A stretch of DNA of 60,325 nucleotides, the filler included. It is 3 parts of 3 records of this genome, joined end to end, with 100 filler letters (N's around TTAATTAATTAA, not from the genome) between each part and the next. Parts side by side here need not be neighbours in the genome. Positions count along the whole stretch, not along the records: positions 1 to 17,370 come from DRR378314_1553; 2 more parts are not named here. One strand, given 5' to 3'. The notes beneath the pieces were generated by a model. That model was not told the DNA's origin. It ran no database searches and worked only from the letters and a program-made list of their open reading frames with translations. Shown piece after piece: positions 1 through 14,092 of the stretch. How positions within the stretch are numbered: position 1 is the stretch's first letter; every line of letters starts with the position of its first letter. The translations under genes were made by a program, and so were the position numbers.

Positions 1-395
1 CATGGCTGCGATGATTGACCGTTGCTGATTCGGCGGTGCGATGGGGCGAATGGTTGGCCGGAGCGGACCTGGCGCGGTCGCAACGCGAGTCACCTCTGCA
101 CTGGGAAAAGTTGTCCTGCTATACGCGCAAGCGACGAGGCTGCGAGTGTGATACACCTCGTTCGGCTACATAATCACACTGAATGTGTACTGTGTTGTGG
201 AGATGAACCCCCTAACCCCTTTTCTGATGCGCACGGTGCGGAGAATTGACCATTTGCGAGCGAAACGCGCTTCGATACGAGTGGGGGAATGTATTCCCAC
301 CGCACACCGCCCGGCATCGTGTTGCTTTCATCCCCAAGACGCCGCTCCCGTTCCACTTCTTTATTTGCGCGGCGTATTCTCCTCTGCGTTTGTAG

Positions 396-2232
396 GTACG
401 AGATCAAGGACATTGTTCCTCCGGAGCGCGTGCAGGAGTTTATGGATATGCAAGCTGAGGCGCTGCGGCGCAAGCGCGCGCACGTCCTCGACTCGGAAGG
501 CGAACGTCTCTCGGCGATCAACGTTGCTGACGGCAAGAAACAGGCCGCAGTGTATGCATCAGAGGTACGCGGTATATCCTCTTTTGTGATAAAACGTATG
601 AAGCACGTGTCGGGGCTACTTTGTCTGCCGTTTGCGTGTTTCTTTGTGTGTTGCAAGGCGCCCAACCGCGAATGGCGACGGGCTGGTGCGCATGCAGAGC
701 CGCGCCCGGCTCGTTCCTCGCTTGTAGCAGGCGAATCGACCGCGTCGAAGCCCGCAAGTATACGATGTACGTACCATGATGCGCTTTTGACGATCCTTGT
801 TTTGCTTGTCACCCTTTCCCAGGCTGCGTACATTGAGATTGTCAACAAGGCTCGTGCAGACGCGGAAGCGATTCTGACCGCGGCGCGCTCCAGCGCTGCC
901 TCGATTGAAATTCTCGCAAACGCGATCAACACCAAGGTAAGTATGGGGTAGAAAAAAGTGTAGCGCACCGTTTTATCGTACGTATTTGTTCGAGGTGCAT
1001 GCGTGAGTGATGAATGCGCGATATGGTCAGCTCCCCCGAAGATCTTATTGACGAGCGACCAAGAGGAAGCGGCGAGAGTCGAAAAAGAAGTACATACGAA
1101 AATTGCGGTCCTGCCTTTGCGGTTTGCAGAATGCGTGTACGTGTTCTCGTTTTGGACATTTTGTATCGACGGTCTGGTACCGTTGTTGACGCGTCGGTGT
1201 ACCTGTTTCTTCCGTTCTCTTGCGTTTTGGCGCCCGCTCGCACGCGCAGGGCGGACGCGAGGCAGTCGGCATGCGCATTGCAGAGCAGTATGTGAAGAGC
1301 TTTGGCGAGATCGCGAAAAAGTCATCGACAGTCGTTGTGCCAGCCGACGCAAACGATGTCGTGAAGAGCGTCACGCAGGCAATGGGAATTTTCCAGCATC
1401 TGGTCGGGAATTCGGTGCGTCATATTCCTTTTCCCGCGCAAGACGCTTTCCACGCGCGCCGGCGCTCAGCTTCCTGCGCTGGTATTGTACAACCGTGTTT
1501 CCCATTCTCTCTATAGGTTAAAATTGAGCGCCTACGAAGCGGCGAAAGGCAATACTGGGGTGCTTCGCGTCGTTGTATGTATCAGGTGCAGTGGTGGATT
1601 GGTTCTCTCGATCGACATCGCTCCAATAGGGTTTGTGAGCCGCGTCTTCCCTGCATAATCGCTGCGCTTCTGCTCCGTGCTACTCGTTACTGCAGTCGGA
1701 CCAGGACAAGCTGCGCGCGCCGAGCAAGCTGTCGGATATCAGCTTCACCGCAATGAAACCGGCTTCCGGGGAAGAGAAAAAGTCTGACTTTGAAAGCGAT
1801 CACAACCGCCCGCTGAGCCACGATGCGGATAATGTGCGTACTGTGTGTGAATGCGGGGCATTACCCCTGTGCGCGCGAGTGCCCAAAGGCGCCGCCTCCG
1901 CATGTACCGCGACTGCATTCAGAAGGAACGTACTTCTGGTGAACGAAAGAATACGTTTCTCTTTGACTCTTGTTATACTGATTTTACTTTATGAGACGTT
2001 TTCGTCCACAGCCGCACTGCTCGGTGGTGGTTTGTCGCGCTTGTGCGTGTTGGAGCTGCTGCGGCGACGAGCATGGCGGGACCGCTCGTACAAGAGTGCG
2101 TTGGTTCCCAAAATTTGTGCCTGTTTTTGATTGTTTCTCACTCTGTGCACTATGTACTTTTTTTCTTCCTATCAGGCCGACTGGCGAGAGGAGCTGGAGT
2201 CGCTTGCGAGAGAGGACAGCAGGCGCCCGTAA
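396..2232 (+). CDS. STOML2: Stomatin-like protein 2 (SPFH/Band-7), spliced, 5'-incomplete
   Basis: GT-AG exons 396-564, 823-936, 1250-1414, 1696-1833 and 2176-2232 join in frame. They encode RYEIKDI..VQEFMDMQAEALRRKRAHVLDSEGERLSAINVADGKKQA and RIAEQYVKSFGEIAKKSSTVVVP, typical SLP-2 motifs. The last two exons are less certain. Confidence 0.85.
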
Positions 2233-3070
2233 GCGGCACGCAGGGCGGCGCTCGGCGGCTCGTCGTACCCCCGCGCGCGCGGGTCCCAGCGCACCGCTTT
2301 TAGGAATAAATTGAAATGTAGTGAATACTACCGTGCCACAGAAGGTGCGCGTTGTTCACAATGGCTGTGTGGGACATCGCATGCTGTGAATAGGCAGCGA
2401 AGCGCTTTGTGCTCCGCGGGTTCTCGCGGTGGCCGCGGACCTCGCGCTTTCGTGGGTTGCTCGCCCCTCTAGAAGCAAGGATCCGAGACGAAGTGGTGCA
2501 AATCGCTACCCGTAACACTGTCGCTTCGTACTCGTTCATAAGAAACTTTCACGTTCTCCTCCCCTTTGTTCAAGGGAAGCGGAAGGGTTAAGAAATTGCC
2601 CTTCCTTGCGGACATTTCCATGTGCATCGCTTTATTCGTCCGTGTATCCACAAAGCGGAAAAATGCAGCTGTGCCGTCTGAAAGCGCAGCAAGGCAGTTG
2701 TAGAAAAGCAATTTTTTTTTCGTTTACCGAGAAAACCGTTTCATAAAGAGTGAATATGATAATTCTATGCCAAACATCACTCAATAGCGGTTGTGTCCTG
2801 GTGCAGACCGTAATACATGGGAAAGATCCGCGCCGAAATTTGGACGCACTCGCAGGATGAAAACTGAGCAAAACAGCGAACTAAACCATGGAGGACATGG
2901 AGAAAGGGATTGTAAGGGAACTTGTATACAATCATCAGGGAAAAAGTTCTTCTTTCAAGCACACTTGCGTCAATTGTTAACCGATGAAGCGGCACGCATG
3001 GTCTGCGAAGCCTTGTTTCGTTTGCGGTGGCAAACGCCGTCATCACGGCCGTGTGTGGCAACGTTGTTTG

Positions 3071-5254
3071 CTACGGTCGACCAATCCGGAGTTTCGCCAT
3101 CTTGGATGCAAAGCGAAGCGGGTCGGTTTCCATCGGGTTCATACTATTATCGAAAGGAACGCCAAACTTTTTCAGAGCACTGGTTCCCCGCTTCCACATC
3201 AGAAACCCTTTCGCCGATATCGCACTTATATCTAAAATATCTTTGGCGCGGTTGGCGAGGTTGGCGGGAACACGTACGCTGCCAACTTCGCAAGCAGGTT
3301 CAGACTCGATTTCTAGCGATCGGTCACCGTCAGCGGCAACTTTATCTCCCACGGACTGCGGCGAGCCGTCCATGACGCTCAAATCTTCTGCAAGCGCTGG
3401 GGCCGCGGTAGCAATAAAGGATAGGCGCAATCTGTACATACATAGAATACAATAGCTCCGCAAAATCGTGCTTGCCGCAACGCCGACGTCGTTTTTCGCC
3501 TCTGCAAAGCCGGAGCCTGCTGCCGCTGCCAGTTTTTCGAGACGGCTGTAAAATTTCACTGCGCAATCGGTGTTGGCATGCTTCGGTCGCGACTTATTCT
3601 CTCGAGAATAATAGATCGAAAATCGTACAAAAAGGAGAGCGGACTGGAAGAGTTTCACAGCATATTGCGACGAAATAGGGCTTGCCGCCTTTTCCTGCTG
3701 CGCGGAGCGCTTCAGCCTCTTCCCCTCTTCGAACAGAAGGAAGAGCTCTTCGCCGGACACTGAGGTTGCATCACATGTTTGGTCCAGCTGCATTACCGCT
3801 CGCGAAACTCCTCTTCGCGCGCTCGGACTTGAGCTTCCCGAGGGCCGAGTGACAAAAGAAGACTCGTCTATTTTGCGAGACGAGTGCGTGCTGCGTGAAG
3901 GAGGCAGCACCGCCTGCTCTTGCTCCATGATGGGCCCGTCCGCAGGCGAAGTGAGGATCCGTGGATGCTTTGCTTGGTGAGGGTTGCATTGCTTGGTCTG
4001 TCCGAAAAGTTCCGTCGCGAGCACATCAGGCTCGTAGCTCGGTGTCTCGTCTGTTTCGGTGCTGAGCTTCCGCTTTTTCCCACCCAAACTGTCGGACTCG
4101 TCATTCCAGCTAGCTGTACAGGAGGACGGCCCATTCGATGTATCGGACGGTGTTCGTCGTACGGAACGAGGCTGTGATGCCGTTGCAGGCGACTCGGATA
4201 GCACGGGCTTTGGATTCACGCACACGACTTGCGGCTGCGGCGAACCAGTATGGTTCGTCGAGTCGGAAGGGTCATTTCGTTGCTCCAAATTTGTGCGCAG
4301 AGACGACCACAGGCTTTCCGGCTCCGGCAAGTCACGCGCTGCCTGACTTTGTGATGCGGGGCGAATCATCAAGGACGCTAACTCAAGAGCGGGACTGGCG
4401 CTTGCTTGCTGCATTCTTGGTGATACGGAAGCATGCTTGGGGAGTAAGTGCAACACCCTCTCAATGCCCGCGCCCTCCGGAGGGCTGGATCCAGGCAGGT
4501 GCAGCGCCCTCGCTTTCTCGATCTGCACGTGCGCGTACTCGTGCATAGCGCTGCGCGCAGCAGCGCGTGGCCTTTGCGCTACCGGCTGGTGCGAGGAATG
4601 CCCGTTCTTGGGTAGGACTATAGTCCCATCATGAGTTGTTGCCTGCTTTGGTTTGGGGTGGAAAGGTGCGTCTGTAGAGGAGGTGGCGCACGCCTTCTGT
4701 GAAGCTCGTACGCCGTCGCTCGGCTCACGAGGCTGCGGCTGCGGCTCGGCGTGTGCGTCCGATTTTGTCTCACCGGGGGCACCCGACCTTCCACACCTCT
4801 CATGCGTCTGCTCCTTTCGATTTCCGCTCGTATCTTTGACGATATGCTTCTCCACTTGGTAGTCAGCGTCATGAATATCTCGCTTAAGGCTTGTAGATGA
4901 TGGGAGAGTACGCTGATGTGATTTCTTACCACCAAAGCTTGGCGAATCTCTCCGCTTTAGCACTGATTTTGCCAACAATGAGGAAGTCGGAGCATTATCT
5001 GGCCCTGAACGGCGAGATCCCCGATCTCGTCGCCTCTCCTCGAGTGCCGAGGACGGCTGCAAAAGGTCCACAGAGGGACCCTCTTGGCGTGTACTGGCAC
5101 CAGGCGCATCCTTCCGCTCGACTTCTCCTGCTTCTTGTGCGCCGTGCTCTACATTCGATGTAGAGTTCGAGTCTTCGGATGTGGAAAGAGGATTTTCAGA
5201 TAGAAAACTTCGGAGTAAATCAGCATAGCGCATGCGCCGATCCATGTGGAGCAA
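3071..5254 (-). CDS. Large exon of an S/P/R-rich disordered protein with a helical C-terminal domain (possibly AF4/FMR2/Ebp1-like)
   Basis: 2.2-kb open frame with basic NLS-like patches (GGKKRK). The helical C-terminus reads EEGKRLKRSA..AVKLFQSALLFV..ILRSYCILCMYRLR. Upstream exons were not resolved. Confidence 0.6.
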   Translation of the reverse strand: MLHMDRRMRYADLLRSFLSENPLSTSEDSNSTSNVEHGAQEAGEVERKDAPGASTRQEGPSVDLLQPSSALEERRRDRGSRRSGPDNAPTSSLLAKSVLKRRDSPSFGGKKSHQRTLPSSTSLKRDIHDADYQVEKHIVKDTSGNRKEQTHERCGRSGAPGETKSDAHAEPQPQPREPSDGVRASQKACATSSTDAPFHPKPKQATTHDGTIVLPKNGHSSHQPVAQRPRAAARSAMHEYAHVQIEKARALHLPGSSPPEGAGIERVLHLLPKHASVSPRMQQASASPALELASLMIRPASQSQAARDLPEPESLWSSLRTNLEQRNDPSDSTNHTGSPQPQVVCVNPKPVLSESPATASQPRSVRRTPSDTSNGPSSCTASWNDESDSLGGKKRKLSTETDETPSYEPDVLATELFGQTKQCNPHQAKHPRILTSPADGPIMEQEQAVLPPSRSTHSSRKIDESSFVTRPSGSSSPSARRGVSRAVMQLDQTCDATSVSGEELFLLFEEGKRLKRSAQQEKAASPISSQYAVKLFQSALLFVRFSIYYSRENKSRPKHANTDCAVKFYSRLEKLAAAAGSGFAEAKNDVGVAASTILRSYCILCMYRLRLSFIATAAPALAEDLSVMDGSPQSVGDKVAADGDRSLEIESEPACEVGSVRVPANLANRAKDILDISAISAKGFLMWKRGTSALKKFGVPFDNSMNPMETDPLRFASKMAKLRIGRP

Positions 5255-6828
5255 GTCGTATACCTCCAGCGGATGTTAGCGGAAGAGTTACTGGCGCCGG
5301 GAGAGTCTGGACCTTTCTGTTCGTGTCCAAGGCTAGAAGGAACACTAGCGCGAGCGACTTCCTATCCCTCGGGCCGCGATGCCTGTACGACAAAGCACAG
5401 AGAGAAAGATCAGAATCGTGTACTACGCGCAGGCCAATCGGCAATCACTTCTTCCACGCTTAAAGAATAAGATATACAAATTATCTTGTACAAGTTGTAT
5501 TGGGTGCCTATCGTTGCAGCAGCAGCCGATCTTGTCGACAAAGGGAAGCCCTTGTAGGCTGCGTACTCCTAGGAAAGAGGAAATGAATTCTGCTTTACGC
5601 CGCGCAGGCGCGACAACAACACGGTTGCCTCGAGCGTATGAAATTGATCATATGTACTTGAGACTTGCTTGTGTGACCAATTTTACCAGGAGAAAAATAA
5701 AAGAAGCATAGGTTAGCGAGAAATGGGGCTGCTTTCGCTGTATCTGCTGCAAGGTTCGCTGTGGTTTCGGCTGCCAAGATGGTCTTGGAATATAGGGCGC
5801 AACGTCGCGAGAATAGACTTCCAGAAATAGCTTGCTGCCTTCGCCGGATGATCCAATGGGGCGCAAGCTATCGAGTTCTCGCGAGCGATGCAGGGAGGCT
5901 CTGCTGTCACAGCGACATCTGTACTGGGGTCCTGTGTTCTAGAATAACCCCCGATTCTACTCCTCTGGGAAAAATGATGCAGGTACCCCCCGATCTCTGG
6001 ATAGGGTTGGGTCAGAGTAGGGTTTCTTTCGGTATGCTCTTTTGGAAGTCCAGTGCCTGCGCCTTCAGCCTAGAGATCAACCGGGAAACGTTCCTACGAT
6101 ATTTTTGAAGGAGCCGCCAAGAGAATTTGTGAGGGATTGCCTTTTTCACGTACCCCTGGCGCAATTGCATGGTACTTGCGTTGTACGCAAGAAGGCTGAT
6201 TAACACTCGCTACTTTAGGAGCAGCAATGCGATGTGGGTTCCAACGCAGATGAAAACCCACGAGACCGCTTCCTTGGGCTGCCCGCGCTTGAACGATGCG
6301 TTGACGCGATGCACCATAGAGGGGGTATTTCGTTCGCTGTGAACCGCCATCCATCGCTTTCTTCTCCTTCGTACTGGACATAGGAGGCGTGCCAGAGAAC
6401 GGCAGGTTCGCATGGTATTCGCAGAAGAGGGCGATTCGGATCAAGGTACTATCCCTCCGTACCCTTGGAGCCACTGACGATGCCACCCGACAGCCTTGTC
6501 CCTTGTCACTGGATTCCATCCGCAAAGGCTCTACGAGAAGACGGCGGGACTGTTGCCTTTTCGCCTGTGAGAACTCGTTCGTCTCCGTTGCAGCTGTAAT
6601 CCCGCCCGCTCCTCCAGCTTTCATAGTTTCTGAACGTTTTGACTGCACTAACGAACGAACACCGAAAAAGTCGCGTGCGATTTCACCCATGGCTCTCACT
6701 GCTGCGTAAGAAAAGTTACTTACAATTTCTGCTTATATTATGAATTTATTGTTAACTATGTGGTGAAAAGGGAGCATGGAGGGGTAGAGAGCGTGGCCGA
6801 TACGCACACGATTGAACTCGCCGAGCAA

Positions 6829-8166
6829 ATGGCGCACGGCCTTGAGATCGTTGTCGTCGTAGGAGCGGCGTTGTCTGGCAAGACCACCCTTCTTCGAGGC
6901 CTAGAGGCGTTACATGATAAGAAATGGAGTACAAAGCATGCCTCACAGACCGATCAAGAACGAAATTTTTTGCTTTCGCGCCTACAGCAGAAGCCGACGG
7001 TATGTTTTGATGCTACCTTGCCGCGCTCTCCGCCATTGCGCCGCTCGCAGTTTGCCAGCGCAAGGTGTGGCGCAAGCGCGCGCAACTGCATTCCAATATC
7101 GCCATATGATTCGAGCGTAAATATCACAAAGGTTCGAAAATTAAACGTAAGAACTGTGTCACTTTCTCCTTGTCTCTTTTTCTGCGTAGGTAGGGGTAGA
7201 CGTAGTCACAGTTCGCGGGACTCGCCAGCGTCCCCCACGAAGATACTTGGAAGTAGGCGGCGCGATTTCAGCCTTGTGGGATAAATACACTTCTGAAGCA
7301 GACCTCATTGTGGTACGTTCCCGTATGATTTGAACTATAATGGGGAAACCAATGTATTACGTAACGCATCCGTTTTCATATAAAGCAGGCGCAAAGGGAC
7401 AGTGCGACGCAAGGTCGTAAAGAGAGCTTGCTGTCGCGTGCGCTAGTGTACGCTGTCGACGTGAACACGGGAAAAGAAGTGGCTTCTGTGTATTGCAAAG
7501 GAGGCGGAGTAGACTCTCTTCCTGAAAATAACCACCTTCCTCTGTACCTGATGGGACATTGCAAATAAAATTTCGAATGAAAAGTTTGTTGTCAATGCGA
7601 ACACAAGATCGCTGTTGTGCGAAAGTGCGACCTACTTGTCTCGCGTTTTGGCGTCCCCGCAAACCCCGGCAGTTGTCGTGCTTGTGAACTCGTGCGACGT
7701 GGAACGCGATACGGAGCTGTTTCAAACGTTTTTTATTCCAATTTTAGGAAATCTTTTCAAGGTTCGTTTATAGCTGCCCCTTCCGTTTTGTTGGCTGCGT
7801 ATCAACCGTGCAATCTGTGTTTTGAAGCAAGGCGACGTCGCGCGGATACAAAGTTGCAGCACTGGCTGATTCACGACGGCAACTCACTGGCTACCGCCCG
7901 CGCGTTCTGTGCATTCCGTGGCTTCCCTGTACATCGCATGGAATATGAAGCGGGTATGCCACGTTGATTTCTGTAATATTGGTACACTTCCTGGAGTAAG
8001 AGATGCGGAAAAGACCGTCGGTGCGGCTCTTGAAGGAGCAGGTGCTACTGAGTAGTCGGCGCTCGTATAGACCGTGACTGCCAGGAAAGCTCCCATTCTT
8101 GCGGAGCACGGAAACTGGCACGCTGCGCTTGAAAGCGAGTGGTTTCTACTCCTTTCGGAGTCGTGA
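6829..8166 (+). CDS. ARL16: ARL16-like Arf-family small GTPase, spliced (188 aa)
   Basis: Exons 6829-6999, 7190-7312, 7585-7761 and 8071-8166, all phase 0. They give P-loop GAALSGKT, switch I PTVG, the ARL16-type G3 LEVGG..ALWDKY, and G4 as VLVNSCD. The last exon is less certain. Confidence 0.7.
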
Positions 8167-8602
8167 CGACAGCGATCCGGTTCTAATTTTTAATCCTTTT
8201 TCACAATAGATATGGGCGCGAAGCTGGCTAAAAACTGGCTATCGGGTGATGGAATGAATGTGAACGCCTTTGTTTGCGCGAAAGGCCAAGGGCTGGTTAT
8301 GTGCGGAGCGTTCTCTTGCGGCAGTAGCGCCAGCATGCAGCCGTAGCTGGCGCAAGAGGCGTGATCCAGATAATTCGTATTTGTGTGACGCGCACAGCAC
8401 ACTTTGCATTTTTACAGGAGCGGACGCATTCATTCACAGACGCTTCCCACCTGGGGAAGCACGGCGAAAGCTGGGCCATGAATTGCAGGCGGAAGTGGAG
8501 TGCGCCGAGAAGAAGCGCGTACGCACGACCGCGCTAATGGCGCCTTAATTACCACCGCTCTTCTTGATTACATTCTCTGCAACCGTCTGGAAATACACGG
8601 CT

Positions 8603-11034
8603 TTAGCTTCTCCGACGACTTTCTTTCTTCTTCAGTCGTTTCTCTTGCGCTTTCGAACGCTGCGGGCCATCCGTCATCAGCCCACTTGTGTATGCCCACA
8701 CGCCAAAAGCGATCAGCGCGCCGACGACGATAAGGACGAAAAGGACGAGGCCGCTGTGACAACAGTGAACAACAAGTAGTTTCCAAAGAGCAGTGGGCAA
8801 GCACGTGACCGTCGTCAGAGCGATATTCCTGTTCGTCGAGGGCCCCGCCCCCTTTGCCATTCAAACGAATAGAATGACTGTTGTTCGAGAAGAAGCTCGC
8901 AGTTTCGATCGATATCCCACGATCACAGCGGCACAGCAGGCGGAAGCAGAGGGTCTACTCACGGTCTAGTCAAGCAGGCTGCGATGCGAGAGCTGCGCAG
9001 GTTATCAGAGGCAAACTCTCCGTCGTCTATGAAGGCCCCTTTCCCCAGCACAGTGGGGGATCCGGACAGCAAAGAGCTGTGCAATACCGTAAGGAATGAA
9101 ATAAAATAAGATAATGCTACTGTGTAAGATCACGAGCTTCTCCACTCCGGGAGGGTTCGTCGGCAAGCCACACGATCGGGACACGCAACATGGCAAGGCG
9201 TGGCTTCACACGCATAGACTTGCTCATCGAAAGGCACGCGCAGCAAGGCAACCTGTCCGCCAACTCGCTCTCGCGCGGAGCTGGCGCCAGCTAGCCACAC
9301 CAAGATACTCTTCTGTGTGTTCCCACGAGTCAGCACATAATCACAGAAGCAGAAGGGATATAGTATACCACGCGTGGCGAGTTTCTATCAGCGTCAGTGC
9401 TCAAAAAGCCCAGACATCCGCAAGAGGGACCTCGCACACCGAGGGCCGGTCTTGCGCAAAGCTGTTCAGGTGCGCAGCAGTGCTGACGAGGATCGCTGCT
9501 TCGCCTGCACCCTTCGGCCGGAAAGTAACAGAGCTGTCTTTGTCGCAGGAAAACGACGGCGCCTCTGGTCACAACGCAGAGCACCTTTCTCTTCATTCAT
9601 ATTCTTTCAAAACAGCGCCGCTAAAGGGAGTACCGGCCAAACTACTGGGAAGAGTGAGTGCTAGCAGAGTACCTCCGGGGGGGTTGCAGCGAGTCATCGC
9701 GCAGCGTGCAGCTGCGCACCACCGCGCCGAGCCGGCCCGCTTGGCGACAGAGCGGCGAGACGCCGCGCGGGTTCGGAGGCCAAGCGCACCCTCGGCGTCC
9801 AGCAGAGTTCACGCTTGGTCCACAGCCCGCGCATCAGCATAAACTATCCTATAGAACATATGGGAATGGGTTACCTGTTTTGCAAACTGTCAGTGCGGCA
9901 CGGGAGCTTTCGTCAAACAGCGACGGGGTTGGCGAGGCTGTGGAAACCTGTGACGATCGCGAACGCGGCGTCGGTACATTGGACAGGCGCACTGCGCAGG
10001 AACAGCGCCCCACAGCAGCGAGCGAGTATGCCCCATGGGCGCACGAGCGACGAGCAGGAATCGCAAAATAATAATAATACTATTGCACGGGCGCGCCTCG
10101 TACATTTCGCCATGCCGATGCATACGAAAAGTATTATCCAAAAATCTTGCACATTCAACTGTGTAAAAACTAGAAGCAAACACCCGTCACAAAGCGAAAG
10201 GTGAAGTCACCAGCAGCCGCAAAGCACAAGCCACGAAGACCCGCAGCGTCCGCAACGTCCGTGCATCATTGGGGACATGTGCAGCGGCAGGCGCATGAAC
10301 GAACGGAAGCGCTCGCAGCGCTGCCAGGGGCGAACGCCAGGAATGGCGTAGGAGCCAGCCTGCCGCACAAAAGAGACGCACTGGAACGAAGAAACTTACA
10401 ATGGGAATCCCTGAGGATCCTTTGTCGCGTCCTGCGCTTCAGCAGCAAGGGCGGTGAACATCATCGTGTAGAGGCGGGAGGAATATAAGGTGCGAAAGAA
10501 AACGCTCGAGCAGCGGAAGAGAGCCGGTCTCGCAGTGCTCGCGTGTGGCGGAAGTTTCGTGCGCTACGGCAACGACGCAGCACGTGCGGGCACAAACTGC
10601 GATCGAACTGGTGTTGCCAACGCCGCAAGGACAAGGCTAGAGGTGGTTCTGTTTCTAGGGGTACGATACCAAGATGATTTCACTTCCGGTTCGCAAGGGC
10701 TTCCCAACGTTTTCCCCTTCACGATCGCAACGTGCTGCCGGTGCTCTCCTCAGCACTGTGCACGCAATTATTACGAAAAACAAAACAAAACAAACAAACA
10801 CAACGTTGTACCCGGACTGGTGCGTTCAGAATTGCATGCCGATTACGTATGTGGTCACATAGGAATGAAAAGATGGTTTAGCTCATCGCCATACATCGCG
10901 AGAGGATTCCAGCATCAGCGCAGCACGTAGCGCGGGTCCCGGTCGCACGCCGTTTTCTGTCGCGGTGCAAAGCCAGATGCTACGCGACTTACCTATGCCT
11001 TAGCCCGCTTCAGTAGCAGCGCTTTCTTACCCAT
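8603..11034 (-). CDS. Spliced gene for a hypothetical protein with a C-terminal transmembrane helix and basic tail
   Basis: Exons 9076-8963 and 8753-8603 join in frame (phase 2) to give GLVLFVLIVVGALIAFGVWAY..KRLKKKESRRRS*. Further minus-strand splice signals lie upstream, with a candidate ATGG|GTAAGA at 11034. The 5' structure is unresolved. Confidence 0.4.
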
Positions 11035-11300
11035 TTTGTTACATTGTGTGAACGCACTTTCGAAGGGAATGCATCGCACGAGTGGTAGAACATGGGATAG
11101 AGCGGAGCTGCTTTGCCGTGGTGCACGCCAAACTGCTTCTTGTCAGCTGGCGAGGGTTAGGGAAAGTTTCTGGCAGACGAAATGGGAGGGAAAGCGTCTG
11201 AGAATTGATGGACGCGCTGGACCAACGTCGCGGGACCGTTTGCAAATCTTCGCCGTGTGGTCGGTCTTTCGAGCGGGAAATCGCCAACTCCATCACCGAA

Positions 11301-13448
<2,148 letters not shown>

Positions 13449-14092
13449 ACTGGTTCGTATGCGGCAACCGTATCAATGGCCGTCTTGTGTGTGAAAGAAA
13501 CGCCGCGTTCTGCCCAGGGCGGCCAAACCACGCCGCCATACTCGCTTCCGTCTAACGAACACATGCGCGGGAACCATTTCGAAACACATCATCCTATTGG
13601 CTTGATCCTACATATTCCACCTTTATCGCACATATTCTGCAGTACCTCTATATGCATTTGTGCAAATAAGGCAGCTCCTTTGGTATGGAGAACTGCCGTA
13701 CGAGTAGTCGTCGGCAGAGACCCGCAGCAGCGGACTGTGCGCCATGTCACACACAAACACAACACAGCGCCTCCCGCTGCTGCTCCAAAGCCCTCGCTCG
13801 CAAATAAACTAAAGAGATAGTGGAATATATGCGATGTTGAAGCTACTCCAATGGGTTCAGATGGAATGATGCCTGGCGTGGTGCCCCGCCTGCTTCCCCT
13901 GGCTCTCCGGAAGCGAGCGCGCGCGCCCATGTGTGCTGTACGGGCCGTGTCCCCGGCACGTTGTGCGGCGCGGGTTCTGCACTGCGTTTCCCGCGAATGA
14001 CAAAACATGACACAACGCAAGCAATGATCTTATGTATCCAATTCATTCATGAACATTGAATTTCCCACGTTGGAGGTGCTCAGAAAAGGAGC

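Noticed and set aside
174-1352. 392-aa minus-strand ORF
   Set aside because: It is antisense to STOML2 exons and introns and has no recognisable motif.
10776-10805. (CAAAA/CAAA)n microsatellite
   Set aside because: Better explained as the T-rich tract before a minus-strand splice acceptor (GCACAG near 10756).
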